DNA of 64,000 nucleotides from positions 815-64,814 of the IMG/VR virus record IMGVR_UViG_3300028384_001376. One strand, 5' to 3'. The stretch is from a virus. The notes beneath the pieces are model-generated. The model was not told where the DNA came from. It saw only the letters and a list, made by a program, of their open reading frames with translations, and searched no databases. Positions within the stretch are counted from its first letter, which is position 1; each line of letters starts with the position of its first letter. The translations under genes and the position numbers were made by a program. Shown here piece after piece: positions 55,238 to 64,000 of this stretch.

Positions 55238-55424
55238 TGTTTCTCCTTTCGCTTGGCGTGGGTTCGATATGTACCACCTATTATATACACCCAAAGGGTG
55301 CGTAGGTCAAGCACAAAAGCACCCCCGAGGTGGGTTTTGTAAACGGATTTGCAGCGTCATGAATTGCACGGTCATGCGTTACAACCTATTGATTTCAGGT
55401 GTTTAGGTGTAATATGTTCAACCT

Positions 55425-56015
55425 ATGGTTGAACATGATGCGATATTGCCGGACCTGCCGAGCAAGGCCCGCACGGGGGGCCGATACTCCCCCGAGCGGC
55501 TCGCCGAGGCCGAGGAGGATGCCCAGCGAACCCTGCTGGAGGGCTATCAGTCTGCCCTGGCCGGACGGGGGATCACCGAGGAGCGGCTGGCCCGGCTGCG
55601 GGTACAGCAGCTCGGCGCAATCAAGGTGCAGCTGGTCAAGCTCAAGGGCCACCTGCCCCGCCAGCTCAAGCTGCCCAGGGGCTACAAGATCATCACGCCC
55701 ACCGAGCGCATCGCCATCACCGACCCGGAGACCGGCGCGGAGCTCGTCGTCGATCCTGGCGAGACGTTGATCGAGCTCAGGCTGCCCGATTGGGCGACCA
55801 GGGAGAAGGCCATCCAGGCCATCGAGGCCATCATGGGCTATCGCACCGAGGTGCAACCCGGTGGTGATGGGCGCAGCGTGATCGTGGTCAACTCGCTGGT
55901 GCCGCTGCCCGAGCCGCCGCCCAGCCCCGAGGCCCTGGCCCTGGTCCACGGCACCGACCCGGATGCGCCGAGCGGCGGCAACGGCAATGGTGGCGGCAAC
56001 GGAGGCGGGCCATGA
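55425..56015 (+). CDS. terminase small subunit candidate (196 aa)
   Basis: Sits immediately upstream of and overlapping (ATGA) the terminase large subunit. No independent motif support. Confidence 0.35.
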   Translation: MVEHDAILPDLPSKARTGGRYSPERLAEAEEDAQRTLLEGYQSALAGRGITEERLARLRVQQLGAIKVQLVKLKGHLPRQLKLPRGYKIITPTERIAITDPETGAELVVDPGETLIELRLPDWATREKAIQAIEAIMGYRTEVQPGGDGRSVIVVNSLVPLPEPPPSPEALALVHGTDPDAPSGGNGNGGGNGGGP

Positions 56016-57655
56016 CCATCTCCAACCGCGACATCGGCTACCAGCCCCAGCCCAAGCAGGCCCTGCTGCACGGCTGCCCGGCCAACGAGATCCTCTACGG
56101 CGGCGCTGCGGGCCCCGGAAAGTCCCACGCCCTGCGCTACGACGGGCTCATGCTGGCCATGCTCATTCCAGGCCTGCAGGTCTATCTGTTCCGGCGCACC
56201 TACCCGGAGCTGGAGCGCAACCACATCCTGTTCATCCTCAGCGAGTGGGGCAACCAGCACGGCACCTGGAACGCGGGCAAGAAGCGCTACATCCTGCCCA
56301 ACGGGGCCACCATCCACGCCTGCCACGCCCAGCACGAAAAAGATGTGATGCTCTACCACGGCGCCGAAATCCACTACTTGATCATCGACGAGCTCACAAC
56401 GTTCACAGAGTGGCAGTACACCTACCTACGCAACCGCGTGCGCTGCACCCTGGAGATCCCGGTCCAGTTCCGCCACAAGATCCCCGGCATCGCCTGCGGC
56501 TCCAACCCCGGCGGGCCCGGCCATGAGTTTTGCAAGCGCACCTGGGTCGATTTTTGCCGCGTCACCGCTGCCCAGGCCGAAGTGGCCAAGGCCTCCGGCG
56601 TGCGCGTCTACGAGCACAAGACCCACCGCGACGACACGATGATACACTACGCCGTCAAGCAGGCCAGCGCCAACGACGGCGGCATGCTGCGGGCCTACAT
56701 CCCCGGCCTGCTCGAAGACAACCAGATCCTGATGCAGCGCGATCCGGGCTACATCAACCGCGTCAAGGCCATGCCCGAGCCCTACCGCAGCGCGTATCTC
56801 GATGGCGATTGGGAGATCTTCATCGGCCAAGCGTTCAATTTCTCCCGCCAGCACCACGTCTGCCACGACCACCCCGTGCCGCGCTATGCCCCGTTGTATT
56901 TCACGTTCGATTGGGGTTTCGCCAAGCCGTACAGCTGCGGCTGGTGGTACGTCGACGCCGACGGTCGCATCTTCCGCTTCGCCGAGCTCTACGGCTGGGC
57001 CCGCACCCCGGACGTGGGCCTGCGCCAGACCGACTCCGAGATGGCCGAGGCCGTGATCGCCCGCGAGGTGCAGCTCGGGCTGCGCGATCAGATGGGCAAG
57101 TGGATCGGCAAGCGCCACATCGTCAGGCTGGCAGATCCCACCTGCATGAACAAGAAACCGGACTACAAAGGCGGCGGCCAGGGCCCGAGCACCTCCGAGG
57201 TGTGGGCCGCCCATGGCCTCATCCTCCAGCCCGGAGACCCGTCCCGCGAGCTCAAGATCCGCCAGTTCCATGAGAGGTTGCGCGTACCCAAAGACGGCAG
57301 CATGCCAATGATGATGATTTTCGAGTCATGCAAGCAGTTCATCCGCACCATCCCGCTGCTCCAGCAAGACGAGCACAAGCCCGAGGACGTGGACACCGAC
57401 ATGGAGGACCACATCTACGACGAGGCCGCCCATGTGTGCATGGCCCGGCCCATCAAGCTCACCCTGCCCAAACCCAAGCCCAACACATACGCCGCCAGGA
57501 TCGATGCCCTCAAGCGCGGCGACGCCGACAGCTACGAGACCTACGCCACCGCAGAGGCCGACGCGGCCATGCGGGCCCTGGACGGCGATAGCTGGGACGC
57601 AACCGGAGAGGAGGACCACTATGACGACGGCCAGTTGGTTGACACTGTTGATTAG
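56012..57655 (+). CDS. terminase large subunit (547 aa)
   Basis: Walker A GGAAGPGKS. Walker B-like LIIDELTTF. C-terminal RNase-H-like nuclease region with conserved acidic residues. Confidence 0.85.
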   Translation: MTISNRDIGYQPQPKQALLHGCPANEILYGGAAGPGKSHALRYDGLMLAMLIPGLQVYLFRRTYPELERNHILFILSEWGNQHGTWNAGKKRYILPNGATIHACHAQHEKDVMLYHGAEIHYLIIDELTTFTEWQYTYLRNRVRCTLEIPVQFRHKIPGIACGSNPGGPGHEFCKRTWVDFCRVTAAQAEVAKASGVRVYEHKTHRDDTMIHYAVKQASANDGGMLRAYIPGLLEDNQILMQRDPGYINRVKAMPEPYRSAYLDGDWEIFIGQAFNFSRQHHVCHDHPVPRYAPLYFTFDWGFAKPYSCGWWYVDADGRIFRFAELYGWARTPDVGLRQTDSEMAEAVIAREVQLGLRDQMGKWIGKRHIVRLADPTCMNKKPDYKGGGQGPSTSEVWAAHGLILQPGDPSRELKIRQFHERLRVPKDGSMPMMMIFESCKQFIRTIPLLQQDEHKPEDVDTDMEDHIYDEAAHVCMARPIKLTLPKPKPNTYAARIDALKRGDADSYETYATAEADAAMRALDGDSWDATGEEDHYDDGQLVDTVD

Positions 57656-57878
57656 CACTGTAATCGCCCCGGCGCTGCTGTACCTGGGCATCTGGACCGG
57701 CTACTGGATGGGCCGCAACAGCCAGGACAAGCCGGTGCGCAGCCAGCTCAACCCACCTAAGCGCCCGCTGCGGCGCAAGCCCATCGACGAGCCCGAGGGC
57801 GACCCCTACGTGGAGGCCATGACGGCCCCACCCACCGACGAGGGCCGCGTGCCCACGCTGCCCGACGAGAGGAGATGA
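57621..57878 (+). CDS. small membrane protein (85 aa)
   Basis: One TM segment. Overlaps the end of TerL. Confidence 0.35.
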   Translation: MTTASWLTLLISTVIAPALLYLGIWTGYWMGRNSQDKPVRSQLNPPKRPLRRKPIDEPEGDPYVEAMTAPPTDEGRVPTLPDERR

Positions 57879-57879
57879 G

Positions 57880-58365
57880 ATGAAACTGATATGTGAGATA
57901 TGTCACACCTACATCGGCCAGTTCGACCATCTGACGATTTTCGAGCCCATCGCCGGAGTGATGTTCACCAGCCCCAGGCCGCGCCGCGAGGTGCCGCCGC
58001 CCTTCGCCCCATCGCTGGGTTGGGTGGATATGCGCTGTCCGGTCTGCCGCAAGCGGCCCATGATCAAGCCCCACCGGATCATGATCAGCCACCCCAGGTG
58101 TTTCGAGACCTCCGGCACCACCACCGCCGCCTATTTCAAGGTGCCCGAGCGGGCCCGCGAGGCGGCCAAGATCGAGGTGGTCTCGGCCAGCGCCGAGGAG
58201 GTAGTCCAGACCTCCACCGCAGCTCCGCCGGTGGACGATACGGCTGTCGCCGACGAGGAGGGCCCGCGCATCTGCGCCACCTGCGGCAAGGAGTACACAT
58301 CCCACGAAAACCTGATGAGATACCACCACCCGTGCCCCAAACTGGCCAAGGGCAACGAGGACTAA
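57880..58365 (+). CDS. zinc-finger protein (161 aa)
   Basis: CEICH...CPVCRK...CATCGK...HHPCP motifs. Confidence 0.4.
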   Translation: MKLICEICHTYIGQFDHLTIFEPIAGVMFTSPRPRREVPPPFAPSLGWVDMRCPVCRKRPMIKPHRIMISHPRCFETSGTTTAAYFKVPERAREAAKIEVVSASAEEVVQTSTAAPPVDDTAVADEEGPRICATCGKEYTSHENLMRYHHPCPKLAKGNED

Positions 58366-58376
58366 GGAGGTGCGCC

Positions 58377-58622
58377 ATGACGCTGATCCGACCCGACACC
58401 GACCCGTGGAGCCTGACCGATGGCCATGTCTGCGACATGTGCTCGACCAGCGACAACGAGGTCGCCCGTCGCAACTGCGGGCGCCAACTCCCCGCCACCA
58501 AGGGCGACATCGAAGACCTCTACCGGCAGCTGGTCCAGAGCCAGCGCACCTTTTTAGACGAGATCGTGGACATGCTCGCAGAATCCCTGCGATGCAAACC
58601 GATCAGGAGAGATGACCAATGA
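58377..58622 (+). CDS. hypothetical protein (81 aa)
   Basis: GGAGGTGCGCC then ATG 58377. Confidence 0.35.
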   Translation: MTLIRPDTDPWSLTDGHVCDMCSTSDNEVARRNCGRQLPATKGDIEDLYRQLVQSQRTFLDEIVDMLAESLRCKPIRRDDQ

Positions 58623-60910
58623 CCACCGCAACCGCAGTACGACAACCACCGCCCGACACCGAGCTCATCCCGGTCGAGGGCAACGAGGAGACCGGCTACC
58701 GCGTGTTCCATGTGTTGGACGAGATCCTCAAGTTCAAAAACGAGATGGGCCTGCCCGGCAAGTGGCAGCGCAACTACGAGCTGTCGAGGAATAAGCACTG
58801 GAAGAACAAGAACGTCAAGGCCCCGCTGGTCACCGCCAATTTGCTCTACAACCACCGGCAAAGGACCGTCAACCAGCTCACCGACAACAACCCCACTTTC
58901 AACGTCAAGCAGGTCGGAGAAGTCGAGACCGAGAAAGAAGACGTGTTCGAGATGCTGCTGCACACCGCAGAGTACTGGTGGGGCGACACCGAGCAGCAGG
59001 CCGAGCTGGAGCGCAGCGTGCTCAACGGCGAGACCTACGGCTGCGCCATCGAAAAGATCTATTTCAACCCGGAGCTGGAAAACGGCATCGGCGAAGTAGA
59101 GTCGGCCATCGTGGACCCCTATCATTTCGGCTGGTATCCGGTTAAGCAGATGGACGTGCAAAAGGCCGAGGCCGTGCTGCACTACTACCCGCAGTCGGTG
59201 CGCACCCTGCGCCGCGAGTACCCGGACAAGGCCCACGCCATCAAATCAGACGACGAGTACCTCAAGAGCCTGGGCGACGAGCGCCTGGAGATGATCGGCA
59301 CGGCGGCCAAGCGCCCCAGCGGCTATTTGAGCACCTTCGCGGGCATCGTCAAGAACCTGCTCAACCTGCAGGCCGAGGGCCAGGGCGTGGACGCCGAGAC
59401 CCTGGTGGTCGAGTGCTGGGTGCGCGACTACTCCCAGCTGCCCGACGACGGCGGTGATAAGTACCCTGGCAAGATAAGGATGGTCAAGTGCTGCAGCGGC
59501 GGCAGTGTGGTCCTGGAGGACCGGGCCAACCCGTCCATCAACCCGGACCTGGAGCCCGAGCAGGCCTCGCTGACGTACTTGTACTCCCGCTTTCCGTTTG
59601 TCTTCACCCACAGCGTCACCGACACCTCGTTTCCATGGGGCATGAGCGACTACGAGCAGCTCGAAGAGCTCAACGTCGAGGTCAACAAGACCCTGAGCCA
59701 GCTGACCATGATCAAGGACCGGCTGAGCCGCATCAAGCTGCTCAACCCGAGCGACAGCGGCGTCTCCAACGAGGAGCTGACCAACAAGCCAGGGATACTC
59801 AACCCCACCTCGGCCATGACCGCCCAGGGCATCCGCTACCTGGACCCGCCCCAGCTGCCGCCGGACCTGCCCAACCTGCTGACCATCTATCGTGAGCTGT
59901 TCTATGCGGTCGCAGGCTCCTTCGAGCTGGAGCAGGCCCAGCGCGACGGCAGAGACGTGATCGCCTACAAGGCCATCGCCGCGCTGATGGAGCGGGCGGC
60001 CACCATGTTGCGCGGCAAGATCCGCAACTACTCCAAGCTGATCAGAGAACGGGGCCGGATGTACCTGAGCTGCGCGATGAATTGGTACACCGAGCCGCGC
60101 TGGATCAGCTACGAGCAAGACGGCGAGGAGCTGTCCGCCGCCATCGAGGGCCGCGAGATGATGATCCCGGCCAAGCTCAACGTGGTCTCCGGCTCCACCA
60201 TGCCGGTCTCCAAGGTCCAGGAGCGTGAAGAGGCCCTGGCGCTGTTCGACAAGCAAGCCATCGACGCCGAGGAGCTGCTCAAGAAGATCGAGTGGCGCGA
60301 CTGGAAGAAAGTCGTCGAGCGCATGCGCCTGGGTCCGCTGGGCGTGTTCCTCCAGCGCCTGGGCGTGATGGGATTTCCCCCGGCCATGCTCCAGGCCCTG
60401 GAAGAGATCGGCGCCATGGAGGAAAAGGATTTCGAGCGGGCCATCGAGGCCGGTGAGATTCCGCCGCTGGCCGCCCTGCTGCCCGGCCCCGAAGATGTCA
60501 TCGACATCGAGCCCCAGGTGCCACCCGAACTGCAGGCCGAGATGGACAAGGCCGCCGCCGAGGTGCGCAAGATCGATGCGGACACCCGTCTGATCGAGGA
60601 GAAGATCGTCACCGAAAAGGTCGAGCAGCAGGTCAAGCTGGCCGGAGTCCAATTCGACGAGGACAAGCTCAAGATCGAGCGGGCCCGCACCGTCGCCGAC
60701 ATCGAAAACGCCGCCCGTGGCCAGGAGCGCGAGGATGTCAACGTCGGCCAGAACATCGACAAGGCCGAAAAGGACGAGGCCCGCGCCGAGCGCAACGAAG
60801 AGCGCGAAGACAAGCGCCTGGCCGCCGAGATCGAGACCAAGGAGAGTGAGCAACGCGCCCAGGGTCCGCACCGCGAGCGCGGGCTCAAGAGCAACAACAA
60901 GGAGAAGTAA
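58619..60910 (+). CDS. portal (head-to-tail connector) protein candidate (763 aa) with charged coiled-coil C-terminus
   Basis: Size and position right after the terminase. AGGAGA RBS. ATGA overlap with the upstream gene. Confidence 0.55.
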   Translation: MTTATAVRQPPPDTELIPVEGNEETGYRVFHVLDEILKFKNEMGLPGKWQRNYELSRNKHWKNKNVKAPLVTANLLYNHRQRTVNQLTDNNPTFNVKQVGEVETEKEDVFEMLLHTAEYWWGDTEQQAELERSVLNGETYGCAIEKIYFNPELENGIGEVESAIVDPYHFGWYPVKQMDVQKAEAVLHYYPQSVRTLRREYPDKAHAIKSDDEYLKSLGDERLEMIGTAAKRPSGYLSTFAGIVKNLLNLQAEGQGVDAETLVVECWVRDYSQLPDDGGDKYPGKIRMVKCCSGGSVVLEDRANPSINPDLEPEQASLTYLYSRFPFVFTHSVTDTSFPWGMSDYEQLEELNVEVNKTLSQLTMIKDRLSRIKLLNPSDSGVSNEELTNKPGILNPTSAMTAQGIRYLDPPQLPPDLPNLLTIYRELFYAVAGSFELEQAQRDGRDVIAYKAIAALMERAATMLRGKIRNYSKLIRERGRMYLSCAMNWYTEPRWISYEQDGEELSAAIEGREMMIPAKLNVVSGSTMPVSKVQEREEALALFDKQAIDAEELLKKIEWRDWKKVVERMRLGPLGVFLQRLGVMGFPPAMLQALEEIGAMEEKDFERAIEAGEIPPLAALLPGPEDVIDIEPQVPPELQAEMDKAAAEVRKIDADTRLIEEKIVTEKVEQQVKLAGVQFDEDKLKIERARTVADIENAARGQEREDVNVGQNIDKAEKDEARAERNEEREDKRLAAEIETKESEQRAQGPHRERGLKSNNKEK

Positions 60911-60952
60911 CTAACGCCCTGGTGCGGCCCAGGCAAAAAGAAAGGAGATGCA

Positions 60953-61462
60953 ATGGATAAGGAAGGAGCCATCACCGAACGTAACATCGACAAGCTGATA
61001 GATGTCGTAGATCGGCAAACCTATGAGAACACCTGTTTGAGAAACGAGCTGGAGGTGCTGAAACATCAAAACAGCTTGCTTGAAAGGGCTGATTACAAGA
61101 GATGGCGCAATATAGACCCACAGCTGGAGGCCGTAGTCGTAGCAACGGCCCTGGCTGGTATCGACCCGTATGTCGTGAAGTATTTTGTCGATGGTCATTA
61201 CTTTCCACCCGGCACTGACGATGAGCCCCTGTACTGCCTGCTGAGCATCGACGAAGCAAAGTTCAAGAGCGATCTAAAGAGCTTTGTATTTCACGAGATT
61301 ACCCAGGAGGCGGTTGACGAGCTGTGGGCTGAGATCCAAAAGCGCATAGAGCCCATTGGCAAAGCACTGCTTGAATTGAAGGAATCGTTTTTGCTCAGAG
61401 AGAGATATTGGCGAAATTTCTTTTCTATACGCTGGTTTAGCCCAGAAGACGAGGAGGATTAG
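60953..61462 (+). CDS. hypothetical protein (169 aa), low-GC accessory gene
   Basis: AAAGGAGATGCA then ATG 60953. GC dip. Confidence 0.4.
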   Translation: MDKEGAITERNIDKLIDVVDRQTYENTCLRNELEVLKHQNSLLERADYKRWRNIDPQLEAVVVATALAGIDPYVVKYFVDGHYFPPGTDDEPLYCLLSIDEAKFKSDLKSFVFHEITQEAVDELWAEIQKRIEPIGKALLELKESFLLRERYWRNFFSIRWFSPEDEED

Positions 61463-61464
61463 CT

Positions 61465-61647
61465 ATGCCCGCAGCCTACGAAGCCATGCGAGACCACTTC
61501 GCCCGCCAAAACCGCGCCGACGGCATGAGCGCCGCCGCAGCGCTCAAGGCGGCCAAGACCAAGGCGGCCAAGATCTACAACGCCAAGCACAAGAGTCGCC
61601 CGGTCCATCCGGGCATGCACGGCAAAAAGCGCAAGCGCAAACGCTAA
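61465..61647 (+). CDS. small basic protein (60 aa)
   Basis: GGAGGATTAGCT then ATG 61465. Confidence 0.3.
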   Translation: MPAAYEAMRDHFARQNRADGMSAAAALKAAKTKAAKIYNAKHKSRPVHPGMHGKKRKRKR

Positions 61648-61693
61648 CAACGCCCTGGTGCGGCCCAGGGCCCCAAAAGAAAGGAGAGATCCC

Positions 61694-61939
61694 ATGACCC
61701 AACGCATCGACGCCCACTACCACCACCCCAACCCGTGGTCCACGCGCATGGAGCTCGACTACATCACCCGCATGGGCAGCCACCGCCATGGCCGGGGCAA
61801 AAACGGACCCAAGATCAGCCGCGCAAGACTGCTGCGCCGCTACATCCGCGCCAGCGCCCAGCGCAATTGGGGCAAAATCGACGGGCGGCGGGCCATGGCA
61901 TTTGCCCGCGCTGAGCTCATGCGCGAGGCCGGGACATAG
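61694..61939 (+). CDS. hypothetical His-rich protein (81 aa)
   Basis: AAAGGAGAGATCCC then ATG 61694. Confidence 0.35.
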   Translation: MTQRIDAHYHHPNPWSTRMELDYITRMGSHRHGRGKNGPKISRARLLRRYIRASAQRNWGKIDGRRAMAFARAELMREAGT

Positions 61940-61950
61940 GAGAAGACAAG

Positions 61951-62352
61951 ATGCCTGTCTACGACTACGAGTGCGCCGCCTGCGGCCACATCCACGAACG
62001 CATCGAAGAGGCCGACGACCAGCTGAGCAAGCCGTGCCCGGCCTGCGAGCTGGCCGTGGCCGTGCGCATCATCAGCTGCGGCAACAGCGCCTACATCGGC
62101 AACCAGGACGCCCCCTGGCTCAAGTCGGTCAGAGAGGTGGTCGGCGATGAGACCCGCGAGGGCCGCGAGTTTCTCCGAGACCCTACGCGGGCCAACTACC
62201 GCGCCTGGATGGATCGCAAGGGGCTGCGGCCCCTGGAGCCCGGCGAAAAGGGCGGCAAGCAGCAAAAGCGCGAGATCGTCAGCCAGCGCATGGTGGCCAA
62301 GCTGGCCGAGCTGCACCGACAGCGCACGGCGCTCAAGGTGGGTCGCCGATGA
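61951..62352 (+). CDS. FmdB-family zinc-ribbon protein (133 aa)
   Basis: N-terminal MPVYDYECAACGH...CPAC motif. Confidence 0.45.
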   Translation: MPVYDYECAACGHIHERIEEADDQLSKPCPACELAVAVRIISCGNSAYIGNQDAPWLKSVREVVGDETREGREFLRDPTRANYRAWMDRKGLRPLEPGEKGGKQQKREIVSQRMVAKLAELHRQRTALKVGRR

Positions 62353-62511
62353 TACGCATCACCGCCCCCCACTTTTGCGCCGGTGCCATCTTCCGGCACG
62401 GCAAGATCGTAGAGGCCGCGCCCATCATCAAGTGGATGATCGGCCGGTCGGTCGCCGATATGCGGAGGTATTGTGAGCAGATGGCGTGGCGTTTCGAGAT
62501 GTTGGAGTAGA
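62349..62511 (+). CDS. small hypothetical protein (54 aa), uncertain
   Basis: ATGA overlap with the upstream gene. Confidence 0.25.
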
Positions 62512-62656
62512 CGGACGGCAGGCGATTCACTCCGAATCTAACCCCACGCCAATGGAGGTAGGAAGGAAGGGTCGCGTAACACCTGCCGTCCAACCGCAAC
62601 CCGCTGGCACTATAGGCACACAATCACCGGCAATGCAACCCGAAAGAGAGGATGAG

Positions 62657-63043
62657 ATGACCGAGGAGATCGCCAACACCCCAGAGCCGATCCAAGCCTA
62701 CACCCGTGTAACCGCCCGCGACAAGCGGGGCCCTGGCGGCGCCTTTCACTACTATCTGGTCGAGCCGCTGGTAGAGCCGCCCAATCCGCTGGGCTCTGTG
62801 TTCGCCCAGGTCAAGTTCCAGAAGGGTCCCATCGCCGACGAGGGCGTCAACGGCTGCACCAACGAGGACCTTTTGACTATCGTGGGCCACCGGCTCGAAT
62901 GTTTCCAGGCCGGAAGTCACCCGTGCGAGGAGAACGAGCGGGCCATAGAGCATGTGCAAAAGGCCCTGCGCTACCTGCACAAGCGCACCCGCGAGCGTCA
63001 GGCCCAGGGCGTCGAGGGCACCGGTGAGCATCGCAGCCAGTGA
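62657..63043 (+). CDS. hypothetical protein (128 aa; alternative start 62552)
   Basis: AGAGAGGA then ATG 62657. An in-frame ATG at 62552 lies inside the conserved motif. Confidence 0.4.
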   Translation: MTEEIANTPEPIQAYTRVTARDKRGPGGAFHYYLVEPLVEPPNPLGSVFAQVKFQKGPIADEGVNGCTNEDLLTIVGHRLECFQAGSHPCEENERAIEHVQKALRYLHKRTRERQAQGVEGTGEHRSQ

Positions 63044-63159
63044 CCGACGAGACCACCACCTGCTTGAACGGGCGCTTTGTCGATTTTTTTGTGCGCACTC
63101 GGCCCGTGCCCCCGTGGGCCAAGCTGGCCGTGCTGCGACCACCAACACAAGAGAGGTAA

Positions 63160-63765
63160 ATGATGCAAAAAGACACCCGCTACATCTTAGAGACCGTGGC
63201 GATCATCACCCAGATCGCCAACGCCCACTATAAACCGGCCGTCGAGGCCGAGCCCCAGCGCCAGAGCGTGGAGCTGGACCGGCGCATCGTGGCCCGGCTG
63301 GTCGCCATGGCCCAGAGCGTGGCCAGCGGGCTCAACAACAAGGAGCGCTACGACCTGGAGGTGATGGTCAACCGGCTGGCCAACCACTACGGCAACACCG
63401 AGGGCTCCAGCCCCGTGGCGGAGCTGGCCGTGGACCCCAAGGAGCTCGATGTGCCCGACAGCGCCATCTACAGCCGCGACGAGCCCGAAAAGCTGCGTGC
63501 CATCCCCATGTGGGGCATCTGGACCAAGACCGGCAAGACGCTGGCCGTGCGCATCGACGGCCCCTTTGCCTGCATCACCAAAGAGGGCCCGCTGGTATGC
63601 CGCGACGGCTATCTGGCCCTGGACACGCAAGGCTATCCCTACCCTGTCAGCCGGGAGATCTTCGAGGCCACCTACGCCAACGAGCTGGGCGAGCAGATCG
63701 CCGGCAAGTGCATCCTGGCCGACGACGAGCCCGCCGAGGCGCCCCAAACCCAGGCCAAGAGGTAG
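63160..63765 (+). CDS. hypothetical protein (201 aa)
   Basis: GAGAGGTAA then ATG 63160. Confidence 0.4.
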   Translation: MMQKDTRYILETVAIITQIANAHYKPAVEAEPQRQSVELDRRIVARLVAMAQSVASGLNNKERYDLEVMVNRLANHYGNTEGSSPVAELAVDPKELDVPDSAIYSRDEPEKLRAIPMWGIWTKTGKTLAVRIDGPFACITKEGPLVCRDGYLALDTQGYPYPVSREIFEATYANELGEQIAGKCILADDEPAEAPQTQAKR

Positions 63766-63947
63766 GTGTATCTCTTGACGGGCGCAAGTTTTTGAGGTTA
63801 CAGGCATTTTTAGGATGATACTGGCTTGTTCCATGCGTGCTGTTCGCGCCCGGCGGGACCGGGTGAATATAAGCCACTGGGATGGGTTAATGTTTATTAC
63901 ACCCGCCGGGAGCGACCAGCCAGCAAACAACCACAAGGAGTTGCATC

Positions 63948-64000
63948 ATGTCAGACGACAACCAACAGGCGCTAAACAACGCAGGGGCTGCGCCTACCTC
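63948..64000 (+). CDS. partial CDS running off the window end
   Basis: AAGGAG RBS then ATG 63948. Open to the window edge. Confidence 0.3.
   Translation, partial: MSDDNQQALNNAGAAPT

Noticed and set aside
59246-60871. 541-aa minus-strand ORF antisense to the portal gene
   Set aside because: Same GC-driven artefact. The plus-strand ORF is longer, has an RBS and fits terminase-portal synteny.
55425-64000. Second tandem prophage starting at the terminase
   Set aside because: Possible but not needed. A single circularly permuted or linear genome over 64 kb explains the same layout. Noted as an alternative only.

Overview
The whole 64 kb window (about 60% GC) reads as bacteriophage DNA, and no host housekeeping gene is recognisable. 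It most likely comes from a temperate, podovirus-like phage, either the free genome or a prophage larger than 64 kb. Gene order along the window is as follows.
- 1-16.7 kb: the end of a head-morphogenesis module (scaffold-like fragment, putative capsid, head-completion proteins), then fibre genes carrying striking tandem peptide repeats.
- 13.7-32.6 kb: an ejection/internal-virion module that ends in one giant 15.8 kb gene (5267 aa). That protein combines an N-terminal lytic transglycosylase, Gly-zipper transmembrane segments, an N6-adenine methyltransferase, an SNF2/DEAH helicase, a HExxH motif and several unassigned domains. It is the centrepiece of the window.
- 32.5-33.9 kb: a lysis cassette (M15 peptidase endolysin, holin-like, spanin-like).
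- 33.9-36.4 kb: a leftward, AT-rich lysogeny cassette (CI-like repressor plus two unknown genes).
- 36.4-36.7 kb: a CI/Cro-type switch with repeated TTTAC-N5-GTAAA operators.
- 36.7-45.1 kb: a rightward early operon (Cro-like, PD-(D/E)XK exonuclease, RecT-like candidate, DUF1376 replication protein, SPFH lipoprotein, integrase).
- 45.1-45.3 kb: an attP-like repeat/hairpin region.
- 45.4-52.3 kb: small accessory genes (ASCH, VRR-NUC, vWA, HAD phosphatase), a 500 bp non-coding CAAGGC-repeat array, and a tRNA locus with one tRNA plus two permuted tRNA halves.
- 52.5-55.3 kb: a divergent block of nine small Cys-rich or zinc-ribbon genes on the minus strand.
- 55.4 kb onward: the packaging module (TerS candidate, TerL, portal) and more small genes to the window edge.
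Most structural assignments rest on synteny and composition only.
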